DNA from: Eledone cirrhosa
Lineage: Eukaryota
Assembly: GCA_964016885.1 (NCBI GenBank)
Contig: OZ024741.1
Span: 133,982,001 to 134,046,000 of the forward strand
Direction: 5' to 3'
Length of the DNA stretch: 64,000 nucleotides
Under the pieces are notes generated by a model. The model was not told the DNA's origin, did not search any database, and worked only from the letters and a program-made list of their open reading frames with translations. The translations under genes and the position numbers were made by a program. Shown one piece after another: positions 1 through 12,532 of this stretch. Numbering within the stretch: the first letter of the stretch is position 1; each line of letters starts with the position of its first letter.

Positions 1-910
1 TGGTTAGACTTTGTTTCAGATATTAAAAAAAAAAAAAAAACCGACTGAAGTGAAATAAATGCTCACGTGGAGAGGCCCGAGAAGGGAATAAGATTCCACT
101 AAAATAGTTTACTAAAAGTACTGAGCTTAGATCAAACATGATCAATCTTGAATTCAGACTTCTAAAATAAGTGTGGCGAAGAACTCGTTGGGAAAAGAGA
201 ATAGAGAAATCGCTATTTGCTATGTTTGAAGATTGCTTTCCTTTGCCCTTCCGAAAGATAATACAAATGTATATATAAGATGTCTAATTTCAATATCTTG
301 GTAACCGACTATAATTACGAGAATGGCACAGGTCATCAGTCCTCCAAAATTGTCTCAGATAAAAAAATTGGCTTGGAAAAGACAAAGATTGTCTTCATAT
401 ATCGATAAGACGGGGAAAGAATTATAATCATCACTGCCAATTTTGGTTAGACTTTGTTTCAGATATTAAAAAAAACGACTGAAGTGAAATATGCTCACGT
501 GGAGAGGCCCGAGAAGGCAAAATGCAGTTAATAGCAGTTAATAAGATTACACTAAAATAGGAATTTACTAAAGGTACTGTGCTTAGATCAAATATAATCA
601 ATCTTGAATTCAACTTCTAAAGTGTGGCGAAGGACTCGTTGGGAAAAGAGAATAGAGAAATCGCTATTTGCTATTGGAATGTTTGAAGATTGCTTTCCTT
701 TGCCCTTCCGAAAGATAATACAAATGTATATATGTCTAATTTCAATATCTAGGTAAACCGACTATCTATAATTACGAGAATGGCATAGGTCATCAGTCTT
801 CCAAAATTGTCTCAGATAAAAAAAATTGGCTTGGAAAAGACAAAGATTGTCTTCATATATCGATAAGACGGGGAAAGAATTATTAATCATCACTGCCAAT
901 TTTGGATAAG
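1..910. repeat. Tandem duplication, unit about 445-460 bp, two diverged copies (may continue left of the window)
   Basis: tggttagactttgtttcagatattaaaa occurs at 1 and 444; aatcatcactgccaattttgg occurs at about 426 and 885; the intervening sequence is colinear with small indels. Confidence 0.9.
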
Positions 911-2629
911 ACTAATATTAAAAATATACACCAGGTTCGAGATGAAGTCAAATTATTTAGATAAAAGACTAGGAAATGTTTAGAACTGAATAAAACCTTG
1001 TTTTTAAATAAAAATACTAAATAGCTGAAAATTAACCAGGAATGAAAAGCTTTGTTTTTAGCCAAGAAAAATGAACAAAAACTAAGAGGAAAATGTAATA
1101 TATCATACATACAAACCTATGTTTTATACACTAAAATCATATATAGATTATAAAATAATGGGAAGTAGTCTGTCTCAGTAGTAGTCTTCACTGTAGTATG
1201 ATGAACGAATACATTAATAAGAGGAAGATGAAGGAAAAAGAGACTGATTGTAGAGCGGTAGTTGTTTATATAGCAATTATATGACGTAGCAGATGTCGAT
1301 CAAAGCAACCAATCAGAAGAGCTTTAACAAACATACCAAGGCTATATCCATGTAAGCATATCAACTAATCAAAATAGCGGTGACACTTCGTATACGTACA
1401 GTCCTGGTTTAATCGACGTGGTTTCCGTTCTGCTAGAAATAGCAATCAAATCACTCGGCAGTTTTATCTTGTGACATTTTCCATATCTTCAATAATTAAA
1501 TTTGGTATTTTTCTTTTTTCTTATATCAAATATGTAAAATGTTGGTTGAGTGGATAAAATAACAACTGTTGACTTCATTATAAAACAACGAATTCTGTGG
1601 CGTTGCATCTTGCGTATGCCTGAATATTAAACGAATAACAATTTTCCAAAATTCTTCCTCATTTTCTTTTCTGTAAATATTGTATTAATATCCTTATGAC
1701 TATAGTAATGTAAGGATATTTCAAAAATAAAAAGTGATCTATAAATTAAGAACCTCCGTCTGAAAAGTGTAAAAACAAATTGGATAATGACCGTATTGAT
1801 AAAATACCGCTCAGTCTAGTTATTGCAAAGAGTAAACTATATATCATATAAATGTGAAACGTCAATATACAACTTAGGAGAAAAGATTATTTAAAAGTTG
1901 GTTGAATATCTTGAAAAGTATTTACGTAGCCCAAGTTGCTAAAAAGCTCGTATTTCTACTATTTAAGGTGTATAGTTCATGTTTAAGGCGAATTACAAAA
2001 AGATCTATTGAAAATTCACGTTTTAGTTTCCCACGCGATGTATATTTATTACAGAAGAAACCTCTCGGTAGTTGTTGAAGCTGCTAAAAATAGCAGCAAA
2101 AGCTCATAGGAATCTCATTTAGATCAGTTGCTAATGACAGGACCCGCTGATAGGAGTATTTGTGGACACCACCCTCCACCCCTCAGGAATAAGTGGGCGA
2201 AGAAGAAGACAATGTATTACCTGATATACGTACAAAATGATGTGATGGTCAAGGTTGGCTTGGAGTTAAACAACAAGTAGTCTTCATAATTCCAGCATAG
2301 CTACAGAGCTTTTTTCCTCTGCCGACTCTTTCCGCATATTACATATTTATTTTTTGTTATCAAATTTCACAGATATGTTTTAGAAGTTATAAATTACGAA
2401 TGTGATGATGAAATTAAAAAAGTAATCAATTGGGAGGGAGGAATAAGGAACGCAGAATGGTTAGTGTATCGAACAAAATGCTCTGGTAATTTGTTCCAGT
2501 TCTAAATCTTCTGTTACCATATTTCTAATGATATAATTTGGAGGAATTAAGTAAAATAACTAACTTTCTCATTTATTAAGCTGGTGTTTAGGACATAACG
2601 AAAGTTCTTAAGGGAAATTATGATGGAAG

Positions 2630-2800
2630 CTTTTTAAAAGTGTACAAAAATGTGCAGGCACTCAAAGTCGATGATAACAATGGAAGAGGAAGACCTAGGA
2701 AAATTTGAGATGAAGTGATAAAAGCTGACCTTGACCAGTTAAACCTCACAAAGGAGATGGTACAGGATCGAGATCTCTTCTGTCCCATGTGCACAACAAA
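2630..2800 (+). mobile_element. RTE-clade LINE, decayed C-terminal fragment
   Basis: One frame reads GRGRPRKI*DEVIKADLDQLNLTKEMVQDRDL, matching the C-terminus of the RTE copy at 25596 (GRPRKTWDDLIKSDLTHLYLSKTMSLDRDLW). Confidence 0.6.
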
Positions 2801-3466
2801 ATTAAATGAAATAAATATGTAGAGGACACTAGCCTGGAACAATCCGCTCTCCCCAATCTTAATACTCTGCTCTCACTTGCTAAAGAGATTTTACATTTTC
2901 GTTAACTTTTCAATACACAATCTGAAGAAAATATTATTTTATTTATGGAATATATCATGAAAATACAGTTTAATAGAAAAGGAAATTAAGATTGGAAATG
3001 TAAAATAGGAAAATATAAAGAAAAAATTGGAAGGGGAAGGAAGGGCAAGAAGAATTGGGAGGGGAAAGATGAATGGGCTCTGGGTCTAGGGCGTGGCAGA
3101 AAAGGGGCTGTGTCCTGTGAACAATGGCCAGCGACATCCATTGCAACAGCCACCCCACCTCACGGGGCACCTTCCTCAGACAGTCCCTGATGTTCCAATC
3201 TTGTGGAGGAGCTCGACTGTATGGGGTCCAAGTACGCCTGAGGTCTCGATGGCTACCACCCTAACTTGTCTCATAATGTGACAACATGTCTAACCCATGC
3301 AAGCTTGGAAAATGGATGTTAAATAATGATGATGATATATATATATTATCATCATCCTTTTTATGCCTGTTTTTCCATGCTGGCAAATCAGTACTTGATA
3401 TGAGTTACTATCCTAAACAGACTGGGGTCCATATCTCTCACACACACCAATAAGTATGGTTATATA

Positions 3467-3792
3467 CAGTGGAACCTCGGTTCATGAATGCCTCTCATCA
3501 CAAACAATTTTTCTGAACATAAAACATCTTGGTTCGCGAACCGTGACTCGTGTAACGAATACGCAAGCCAGCAACAACAGTTGGCAACAAGCTTGGAGTA
3601 TCAGCGGGAAAGCATCACTTGCTGTGTAGTTAGTTACTATGGTGATATCTATCTGTCTTTCACACAGTCTCTCTCTTTTGCTGTATTTCTCTCTCAACAT
3701 TTCGTATGAGGAAAATAGTTTCAGTTTATGAACATTTTGGGTGACGATTGGTCTTCAGGAATGAATTAAGTTTGTGAACCGAGGTTCCACTG
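3467..3792. mobile_element. Tc1/mariner-pogo (Tigger-like) MITE
   Basis: Terminal inverted repeats cagtggaacctcggttca / tgaaccgaggttccactg, TA on both sides, no transposase. Confidence 0.85.
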
Positions 3793-4039
3793 TAATTAGA
3801 TTAGCTGAAGTTCTAAAAATACTAGGTCAAAATCATCATCATCACCATTTTATGTTTGTTTTTAAATGCTTGCTGTCGATGAAAATGTCTTCCTTACTTG
3901 AATGATACTGGTGGTATAAATTAAGGGTCTCTAACATAACTTAATGCCTTCAGAAACCTTTTCAATGATATCGAACCCCACAAAAAAATATTACCCAGCA
4001 AAATAACTGCCAGGCATCAACAATGTAGTCTCTAAAAAT

Positions 4040-5272
4040 ACGAAGATCTTCTGTAAGTTCATAGGCTGAACAACATACTGTCATGGAATGTGACCAAATG
4101 AGATTTATTTTTCAACATAGTCCCCCTTGTGGCACACACACTTCTTCCATCCATGTTGAGTGCCTGGATCCCAATGGTGATGAAGCTTTTATCCTGTTGG
4201 TCAAAAAAGTCATCAACAGCAGATATGATATCATCGCTGTGATATACTGGTTCCAAGGTAAGTATTTTTTCATGTTGGGGAACAGATGATAGTCAGATGG
4301 GGCCAAATCAGAAGAATAGGGAGGGTGATCAACCAGTTCAATCCACGACACACAGCAGCCATTGAAACCAAGGACTTGTGAGCTGGAGCATTGTCCTCAT
4401 GAAACAAGACCCCCCTTTCATCAGTTTTCCTGGGAGTTTGGTCTTGGTAGTCTTTCATAACTCCCTCAGCAAGTTGGCATCATACTCTCTCCATTGACGG
4501 TGTGGTCTTTTTGAAGATAGTCAATAAACACAATGCCTTTTGTATCCCCAAAAAACTGAAACCATCACTTTCCCTGCAGATGAAGCGATCTTGGCTTTTT
4601 TTGGAGCAGATGAGGAGTTTTTACTGCATGGATTATCTCTTTGTCTCTGGCTTAAAGTGATGAACCCAACACTCATCCTGAGTTAGGAAACATTCAAAGA
4701 AACCAGCTAGATCTGCCTCAAACAATGTCAGATTTTCACATGATTTGATCAGCCTCGTGTGCTTTTGATCAAGTGAAGTGTCAGAACATGTGGCACCCAC
4801 TGAGCAAAAAGCTTTGTCATGCCAAGTACATTGTGCAGAATATTCTCAACTCTTTTCACCAGACATGCTAATTATATTGGCTATCATCCCTCACTGTGTG
4901 GTGAACAGATGCAGGACATCCAGACCTTGGGTCATCTCCAAGACTCTCCCTTCCCCTCCTAAATTCAGCTGCCCACTTTTTCACATTTGATAAAGCTAGA
5001 GCCCCCCCCCCCCCCCCCCTCCCCTTTGTAGCAACCATGCTAACATGAATGTCCTTGGAGGCTAAATTCTTTTTCTGCAGGTACTTGAAAACACATGATG
5101 CTAGATTTTGTCCTTTTTGAAGAGAAGTCATCTTCAAACAATCAGATGTCAATTTATCTCAAAAGAGAGAATGCAGTTATTAAGAAGAGTTGAAATTAAT
5201 GCATGCAAGATTTTACAGCTCTAGCATCACTCCTTAACATTCAGCTTATGAACCTTTTAGCCAATCCACATA
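4040..5272 (-). mobile_element. Degenerate mariner transposon, transposase pseudogene
   Basis: Fragments HPPYSSDLAPSDYHLF (YSPDLAPSD motif), FHEDNAPAHKS and [20 protein letters not shown]; imperfect inverted ends gttcataggctgaa / ttcagcttatgaac. Confidence 0.85.
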
Positions 5273-5807
5273 GCAGCCCTACCTCTGCTGTGGCGTTGTT
5301 CTCTTTGTTTGGGATGATGTAGTATTGTTGTATCTGCATCTGCTGGGGTGTTGTGTCTGCTGTGGTGTTGTCTTTGTTGTCTCTGTGTATGTGTGTGTGG
5401 GGGGGGGGGACTGTTCTATTTGTGTTGTCTCTGTAGGAGCGGTGTGGTCTGATGCAGTTGTGATGTGCTTGTTTTGTGATCAGGCTTTCAAATTTGGTGT
5501 TAAATTTTGGCTGGGAGTGTCATTTCATAGATGTTATGTACTATGTGTGGACTCTGTTAGTTGATGGATTCCATTGTTATTCTCATATTCAGATGGAGTT
5601 GCTTGTATTTTTCTCAGTTCATATATGTGTGTTTATGTGTATATGTATGAGAAAAAATGTTTTTAAATATTTGATAAGATTGATATACCAATCAAAACAG
5701 GTAATATTTGGCAAAATTTAAATCCATTTAATGTAACAAAAATATTCATTCTGTTGGATTAAGGAAAAAAATAATCTCTGCTTTTTCACTTTTACTTTTG
5801 TGTGTAT

Positions 5808-6910
5808 ATCTATCTATCTAGTGGGGGCAAAATTCCCGAGATTCATGTCATGGATGAGTTTTCTCCAGCGGTCTTTGTCCTTCATCATCGCTGCTATGTC
5901 CCGCATCTCCCAGAGACCAGTGTCTGTCCTTAAAGCATCAACATAGGTCATCCTTAGTCTCCCTCTTCCAGTGTGTCCATGTAGGGGCTCCCACAGGACC
6001 AGAGTGCAGTGTTAACTCTGAATGTTGGTGAACATGTCCAGCTAACCTCAGTCTCCTCTGTGTCACTTTCGAGTTAACTTTTGGGAGGCTCCCATACAGC
6101 TTTGAGTTCTTCACCATCATCCTCAGCATTCTCGTGTAGCACCCATCCACCATCTGAGTGAGTCTTTTGGTCAGTGTCCAAGACTCAGACCTGTACAGCA
6201 GCACAGGCTCCACTGTAGCGACGAAGAGACGGATATGAAATGTCTGACTTCCACACTGACCTCAAACTGTGACACGTCGCCAAGGTTTTGCTGTTCCTCT
6301 CCACCACATCATGTTCTGTTTCCAATCTTTGCTCCCAGGTACAGGAAGTCCTCAACCAACTCTAGTGGCTTCCCGCCTACATTCATAATCTTCTCTGGCT
6401 TCTTAATGTTCTCTACTAGATACTTCATCTTACTCTCATTCATTCTCAGCCCCACACTCATAGACACAGTCTCCATCTCCTCTGCTTCCTTCACTTTGTT
6501 TGTCACCAGAACTATGTCGTCAGCAAATTCAGCATCTGACATCTTTTTAGCCTTAACTCTTCTGCTCGGAGCCAGTGCTACAGTAAAGCCAGTCCTGGTG
6601 TTTTTTCAGTACAAGCCACATACAATAGTCCACTGCGATGATAAAAAGGTAGGGAGCCGATATATCTCCCTGGAACACTCCAGCCAGTATCTCAAAGACC
6701 TTTGTCATCCCTTCAGGTGTAATGACTTGGGCGCTGGTGTTGGCATAGAGCAGTGATATCAGGTCCACTATCTTCTTGGGGATTCCATAAGCCTGTAAGA
6801 TCTTCATCAGGCAGTTACAGTCCACAGAATCAAAGGCCTTCCTGAAGTCAATGAAAACCATGACAACAGGAAGACTCTTTGCTCTAGCTTCTAAAATTCT
6901 CCTCATAACA
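5808..6910 (-). mobile_element. RTE/RTEX-like LINE, 3' part (RT and C-terminus) with (TAGA)n tail
   Basis: Motifs FIDFRKAFDSV, GVFQGD, EFADDIVL, VEDFLYLG, LLYRSESWTLTK, QRRLRLAGH; frameshifted. Confidence 0.85.
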
Positions 6911-8105
6911 TCCTGCTTGTTCTGAGTGACTTCACTGCACATCTGAGTAAGGAGAGCTGTGAAGATTCTTGCTGGTACTTCCATAACAACAGAAACGGGA
7001 GACTAATGAGGGAGACCCTGCTGGAGGTGAACTTGATGGCAACCAACCTAAGGTTTGGGAAAAATCCAAGGAAGATGTGGACCTACATCTCTGATATGCA
7101 CCTGTCCAAGTCCCAGAATGATTTCATTCTGGTGAGGAAGAAGTGGCGAAATAGTGCTCTGAACACAGAACCATACAATTATTTCAGTACACTGGGCAGT
7201 GACCATTGGCTTGTTATGAGTGAAATCTGGGTGAGTCTAAGAAAGAGTAAGGATCAGCCCTGGAGAGCGATCTATGACTGGGGAACTTTCAAGGAAGATA
7301 ATAAGCTACAGGAGAGGTACACAGTAGAAGTGAGGAACAGGTTCAGTGTCAGAAGAGAGAGAGAGAGATTGGGGGACTGAGGAGAGTGTGACGAGGAGGT
7401 ATGGGTATTTCACCACTGCAGCAGATGCAAGTGAAGCCCTGGTGCCAAGGAAAGAGAGGAAGAGGAACATCAGCTCTGCAGACTCAAAAATGTGTGCCGC
7501 TAGAGAACACCTGAAAGCTGTTAAGGACCAATTCCATGCTGATCCTAGAGGAGAGGAAGGAAAATGAGGAGGTGATGAAGGAAGAACTCTGAAATTGCTT
7601 ACTGAAGCCAGAGAGGAGATGCTGATGGAGAAGATCAGAAGTGTGGACAGAGTGGTTGACAGGTGTAAGTGTAAAGAGAGCTGGACGATTATCAATGAGA
7701 TCACAGGGAGGAAAAGAGGGAGTTTGAGTCAGATCCAGGGAACAGTGCTCGAGGATAGGAAAAGTGGCTGGACCATTTTAAGACCCTACTGGGAGAGCCA
7801 CCTTCCACAGTTCAGAACACTGGGGAGATCAGACAGCTGTATGAGGAACTGGATATTGAGACAGGACCCTTTCCCAAAGAGGAGCTTCAGAGAGCCATGA
7901 AGATTGAGTGGCATAAGAGGTGTGATTTTGATATCATCCTGGAGTTTTGTAACCAGGCACTGGAAAAAGGAGTTGCCCCAGATCAGAAACATAGTTGCAG
8001 TACCAAAGGGAGAAACACCAACAACTACAGGGGGATCTCACTGACATCACTTGTGGAAAAGACCCTTAACAGGATGGAGAAGAAGCTCATGCTGAGGAGA
8101 ATTAT
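6911..8105 (+). mobile_element. Inverted 5' part of the same LINE (endonuclease C-terminus, linker, RT start)
   Basis: DFILVRKKWRNS, GSDHWLV (APE SDH motif), NNYRGISLTSLVEKTLNRM; opposite strand to the adjoining RT half. Confidence 0.75.
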
Positions 8106-8644
8106 GTATTCATCATTTAATGTCCAATTTCCCTGCTATCAAGCTACCTATATATACTATTATTATAGTTGTGAAGTTACAACCATGACTCAAGGACCTT
8201 GGAGTTACATGCCGAAGAGCACTTATCCAAACCAGTATGAATAAGTGCTCTTTATACAAAACTCCAGGTACCTAATTTTCTTGTGTAGATTCATGGCTAT
8301 TAATATACATCACCATACTCATGTATTGAAGAATTTTATTTCTACCATTTGTACAAGGATAATTATGTGTGATTATATATAAAAATGAAGAATAAGGCAA
8401 TATTCTGGAATGTTACACACGCACACACACACACATATATATATATATGCGAGACAAACACAACAGAAACACAAACCCTCCATCTCAATTTTACTTTTGA
8501 AACTCATGGACTGTGAAACGGTAAAGTAAATAAATATTTTTAAAAGACTTCAATTGCATTTTCAATTTCTTTTCCTTATATATATATGCTAGCGCGGAAG
8601 ATGGATGTTAAACGAAGATGATATATATATATATATATATATAT

Positions 8645-8997
8645 TATAAAAAGAAAGAATTGGATTATAAGTGGAAATATCCATAAGATATGGAAAAGCT
8701 CAATGTATGATAATCATTAGCAATTAGTGTTAATTGTATACTCATACTGCACTAATAGAAATATATGTAGAAAATAAATGTTAATTTAATTAATATCTGG
8801 CTAATTCTTTTCTAATGTATAGAGGTTTCCAATGTAAAAAATGGTACTTAATACGTTAGTAGAGTACAGATATATTCATTTTATTATAAAATTGAATTCT
8901 ACGGGTCTAGAACTGTTTCATTCGTAAGAAATCATCAGTACTTTCCCGGTGATTTCTTACGAATGAAACAGTCCTAGTCCTGTAGAAGTCATTTCTG

Positions 8998-8998
<1 letters not shown>
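8645..8998. mobile_element. Small fold-back element with degenerate hammerhead motifs, between (TA)n tracts
   Basis: Inverted repeat 8893-8991; the minus arm has CTGATGA-tttcttacgaat-GAAA; the plus arm has CCGGTGA-tttcttacgaat-GAAA-cag..ctg-TA; one-sided tail to the left. Confidence 0.5.
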
Positions 8999-9029
<31 letters not shown>

Positions 9030-10020
9030 CACACATACAGAGAGAGAGGTAGCTACACTCGTGTTTCTTATCGATCCTGAAAGTAATGGTTTTTGATTTT
9101 CATGCCCTAATCTACATAGATCACAACATTAAATAACGAACATGTCCATGTGTGCCAAACTAGCAGTGCTTTATTTATGAATACATGTGGAAAATAACGT
9201 TAGCACTTCTGAATACATTTTCGCTAATTTTATTTCTTCTTTTAATGAATTTTATATAAAGCTGAAAGAATTTAAAAAACCAAGGCAGTCAATAATGAAA
9301 GTTAATTTCAAAGGGACATGCGTTATACAGTAACGTCTTTTCGTCTTTCGTTTCTAAATACATAAATTTTATTGTATTTTGAAATTATTGAACAAACGAA
9401 ACGAAAAAATGTGTACGCGACCTGCTAGAAATAACAGTCAAACTTCCCTCAAGGCGAAATTTATCTTAATATATGAATAATACAATCTGAGAACAATATT
9501 TTTGAAAGTAAGACCGGATGTGTTTGGCCTTTTATCATCGGTCTGTTTGATCAGCGCCGAATTAAGGTTACAAAATAATTGTGCTTAAAAATTATAAATT
9601 AGCTGTATGGAATATTTTTGATGGAGAAAATTGTTTTTTTAATCTGATGTGTATTTAGTTCCCTGAGATATTTTTGGTGGGTGTCAAAAACATGCATTAC
9701 ACAAATCATAAGTGTAGGGATTTATATATATTTATACTTCACTTTTCTATTTAACCCAATTTTCTTAATATTTCTTATCGTATATCATTTTGTTTCATTA
9801 CGTTGTTGGTCCTTTCGTCTCAATTATAGAAATCATTTTATTGAAGCAAACATAAAGACACAATCACCATTAATATTCAGTATTTATATTTGTATGTGTT
9901 AACATAGAAAAGTCAGAAAAAAACAAAAACCATTCAAAATATCAAATGAATGAGAAAAAGAGAAAAGCTACACAAGGGTTTTGGTTTCTGAAGTATTTCT
10001 TCCAGATGTCACATTTGTGA

Positions 10021-10881
10021 TTATCCGAGCTGGCTGTCCACTAATGATGGCACTGTCACTTGTCCTTTGCCTTCGATTATAAGTGGTTCACCTTTAAAAG
10101 TAGCCACACAGTTGTTGTTCGTTCTCATATCTGGTTTGATAAGGTCCCAGATTTTGTTTTTAGAAGTGATCACGCGTTCCGGTTCACCGGGGTATTTGGC
10201 ACACACAACACGGTCGCCCGGAACACTACCTGGCGGGGGTCTCAACAGTTCCACTTTCTCTCCGTTGTTGGCACCAAGAATCATTCCTTCGGAGACAATG
10301 CCACGCAATTTAGCGGGTTTCAAGTTACTTAGGAAAACACACAGGTGGCCTTCAATTTCCGATAATGGAACAGAACCAACGAGACCAGAAACCACGCTTC
10401 GCGGTTTCTCTTCTCCCATATCGACTTCTTCCACGTACATCTTGTCAGCATCAGGGTGTTTTTTGGCTGATTTGACTAATCCTACTCGGATATATAACTT
10501 TGACACGTCAATATCAGATGTTTTGTTATCAGTGTTGGTGGTAGCAGGTTCCTTGGGAGTAGCTTTTGCTTTTTTAACCTCAACTTCTTTTATTGGTGAC
10601 ACTCTCTCATCTGCAGTTGCTTGATCTAAATTCCGTTTGTTCGGAAGAGGAATCTGTCTTATCCCATTGCCGATTTCAGCGAGCATTAACTTTCTTTTAT
10701 ATTCATACACCTCAACTTTCAGTCGATCATTTTCGTGACGAAGTCGTTTTTCTTCCTCTTGTACAATAGTTTTCATTGCTGTACGTTTCACCACTTCCAA
10801 CTGGACTTTTAATTTAGTCAGTATTTCCTCGGCAAGTGACGCCCTCTGATTAAGGTATTTGATTGTTGCCACAGTAGACAT
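10021..10881 (-). CDS. AIMP1: Aminoacyl-tRNA synthetase complex-interacting multifunctional protein 1 (p43/pro-EMAP II)-like, 286 aa, uninterrupted CDS
   Basis: N-terminal coiled coil ending in LAEIGNGIRQIP, Lys-rich linker, then an EMAP-II/tRNA-binding OB fold (IRVGLV..KHPDADKMYVEEVDMGEEKPRSVVSGLV, NLKPAKLRGIVSEGMIL, PPPGSVPGDRV); AATAAA on the minus strand at 9837-9842. Confidence 0.93.
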   Translation of the reverse strand: MSTVATIKYLNQRASLAEEILTKLKVQLEVVKRTAMKTIVQEEEKRLRHENDRLKVEVYEYKRKLMLAEIGNGIRQIPLPNKRNLDQATADERVSPIKEVEVKKAKATPKEPATTNTDNKTSDIDVSKLYIRVGLVKSAKKHPDADKMYVEEVDMGEEKPRSVVSGLVGSVPLSEIEGHLCVFLSNLKPAKLRGIVSEGMILGANNGEKVELLRPPPGSVPGDRVVCAKYPGEPERVITSKNKIWDLIKPDMRTNNNCVATFKGEPLIIEGKGQVTVPSLVDSQLG

Positions 10882-11479
10882 TTTTAAAAAAAATATTTGT
10901 TGTTTTAGTTAGGTCAATGTGGTAAAAAATCAATAGAAACCGATTGCGTTAAACAAAGTTTTTTTTAAATCGTGAGAGTGTTTATATCTCTTTCACAGGA
11001 AAGCTTCTTTGAGTAAGTTTAGAGTTAATTCCCTTGGGATAAAACCCAAGAAGTTGCTATATATTTTGTTAGAAAATAAGATTTAAGGACGTTAAATTGA
11101 CTGAATATATATATTCAGTGCAACAGATATATTTTTGGTCAAATTGACCATACAGCCTCTAAATAAGCCTAGTCATATGCGTCCATCCTACACCTCCCAG
11201 GACAGGTCGCAAGACTTATCGCCATTTTGTGCGGCATGAAATGGAGACTGAAATATATTTTTCGAACAGGCCACTCTATCTAAGGCCTGGACGCGTCCCT
11301 TGCTAACATGTGCCAATGACAGTGCGGTATGGTTTTTCTTAGTTTTCCTCATCATTTTGCAGTTTCAGTTTCGGTGATCTTATTCGCGCCAGTCACCTTT
11401 CTGCGAAGACTAGGCTTATTTAGAGGCGGCCTTTATTCACCTCATCGTAGCTACTTCACTGAGATGTGAGAGTTTTCTT

Positions 11480-12532
11480 GGGAGTCGCAGGTGTCACCCA
11501 TTACTCCATCTCCCCTAGTAGATGACATGGTGTTACTTAACAGAAGATGATCTTCGACTAGCACTTGATAGGTTTGATGCCAACTAGTATGAAAATCAGT
11601 GCTGCGAAAACTGAGACGCACAAAGGTTGCGTATCCCGAGACCCCAAAGAGGGTCCGGAAGGGAGAAAACCTTGACAGTTGGAACCTAGAACATCACAAC
11701 TCTTACAGCAAGGAGCAGGAACTAGTGGAGGAGGCTAGATGCTACCGGCTAGATATAGTCGGGTTTTCCTCAACAAAGTCCTGTGGCTCTGATTATGTAG
11801 ATTTGGATAGAGGATGGAAACTCCACTATTCAGGTGTGGCGTTAGAAATGACTGCACAGGCGGGACTGGAGATATTCACAAGCCCCCGGCTGTCAGAATA
11901 TATACATAGTATTTAAGAAATTAAAGTAATGGTTTGTTGAAGACAGAAGAGACTACCAAGAAAGCCTGCGCAGTGCACTCTACATGTGAATGGAGTTCCA
12001 CTAAAGCAGATAGAAAAGTTCAAGTTTCTCGGGGCCCTGTTCACTAGTGATGGAAGACAGGAGGCTGAATTAAGGGCAAAAATTCCAAAAGCTGGTGCAG
12101 TAATGCGCCAGCTTCAGCATTCAGTAATCAGAAGAAAGGAGGTAGGTGTAAAAGCTAAACTCGCTACCTTCAATTTGGTTTTCGTGCCAACCCTTACCTA
12201 TGGTCATGAATCTGGGATAATGACCGAAAGAATACGATCGCGAATAAAAGCAGCCAAAATGGGATTCCTCCGAAGGTTTTTGGAGTAACGTAACTCGGAG
12301 ACCAGAGAGTCACTCCAGGTACTTCTCCGAATTGAAATATCTCAGCTCCGATCCTATGGGCATGGTTAGAATGTCTCAGGAAAAAAATCGTTGGACAAAT
12401 TTTACGGGCAAAACCAACCGCCATGAGATCCAGGCGTAGACCCCAAACAAGGTGGTTAGATAACATCCATGATCTTGGCTGGTCACGCTTGGGGATCCAG
12501 CCGGATCACTTAGAGACGGTTGCTTCTGACAG
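11480..12532 (+). mobile_element. Scrambled RTE LINE fragments (RT and APE pieces)
   Basis: RYRLDIVG-like APE piece (11599-11916); IEKFKFLG..FTSDG and PTLTYGHES C-terminal RT region (11986-12288). Confidence 0.7.

Noticed and set aside
285-345. Minus-strand CTGATGA...GAAA in the terminal duplication (also near 740-800)
   Set aside because: No closing stem II and no stem I pairing.
1280-1320. TGACGT and CCAATCAG promoter-like motifs
   Set aside because: Short motifs with no linked gene identifiable in the window.
10060-10624. Plus-strand ORFs overlapping AIMP1
   Set aside because: Antisense shadows of the real CDS.
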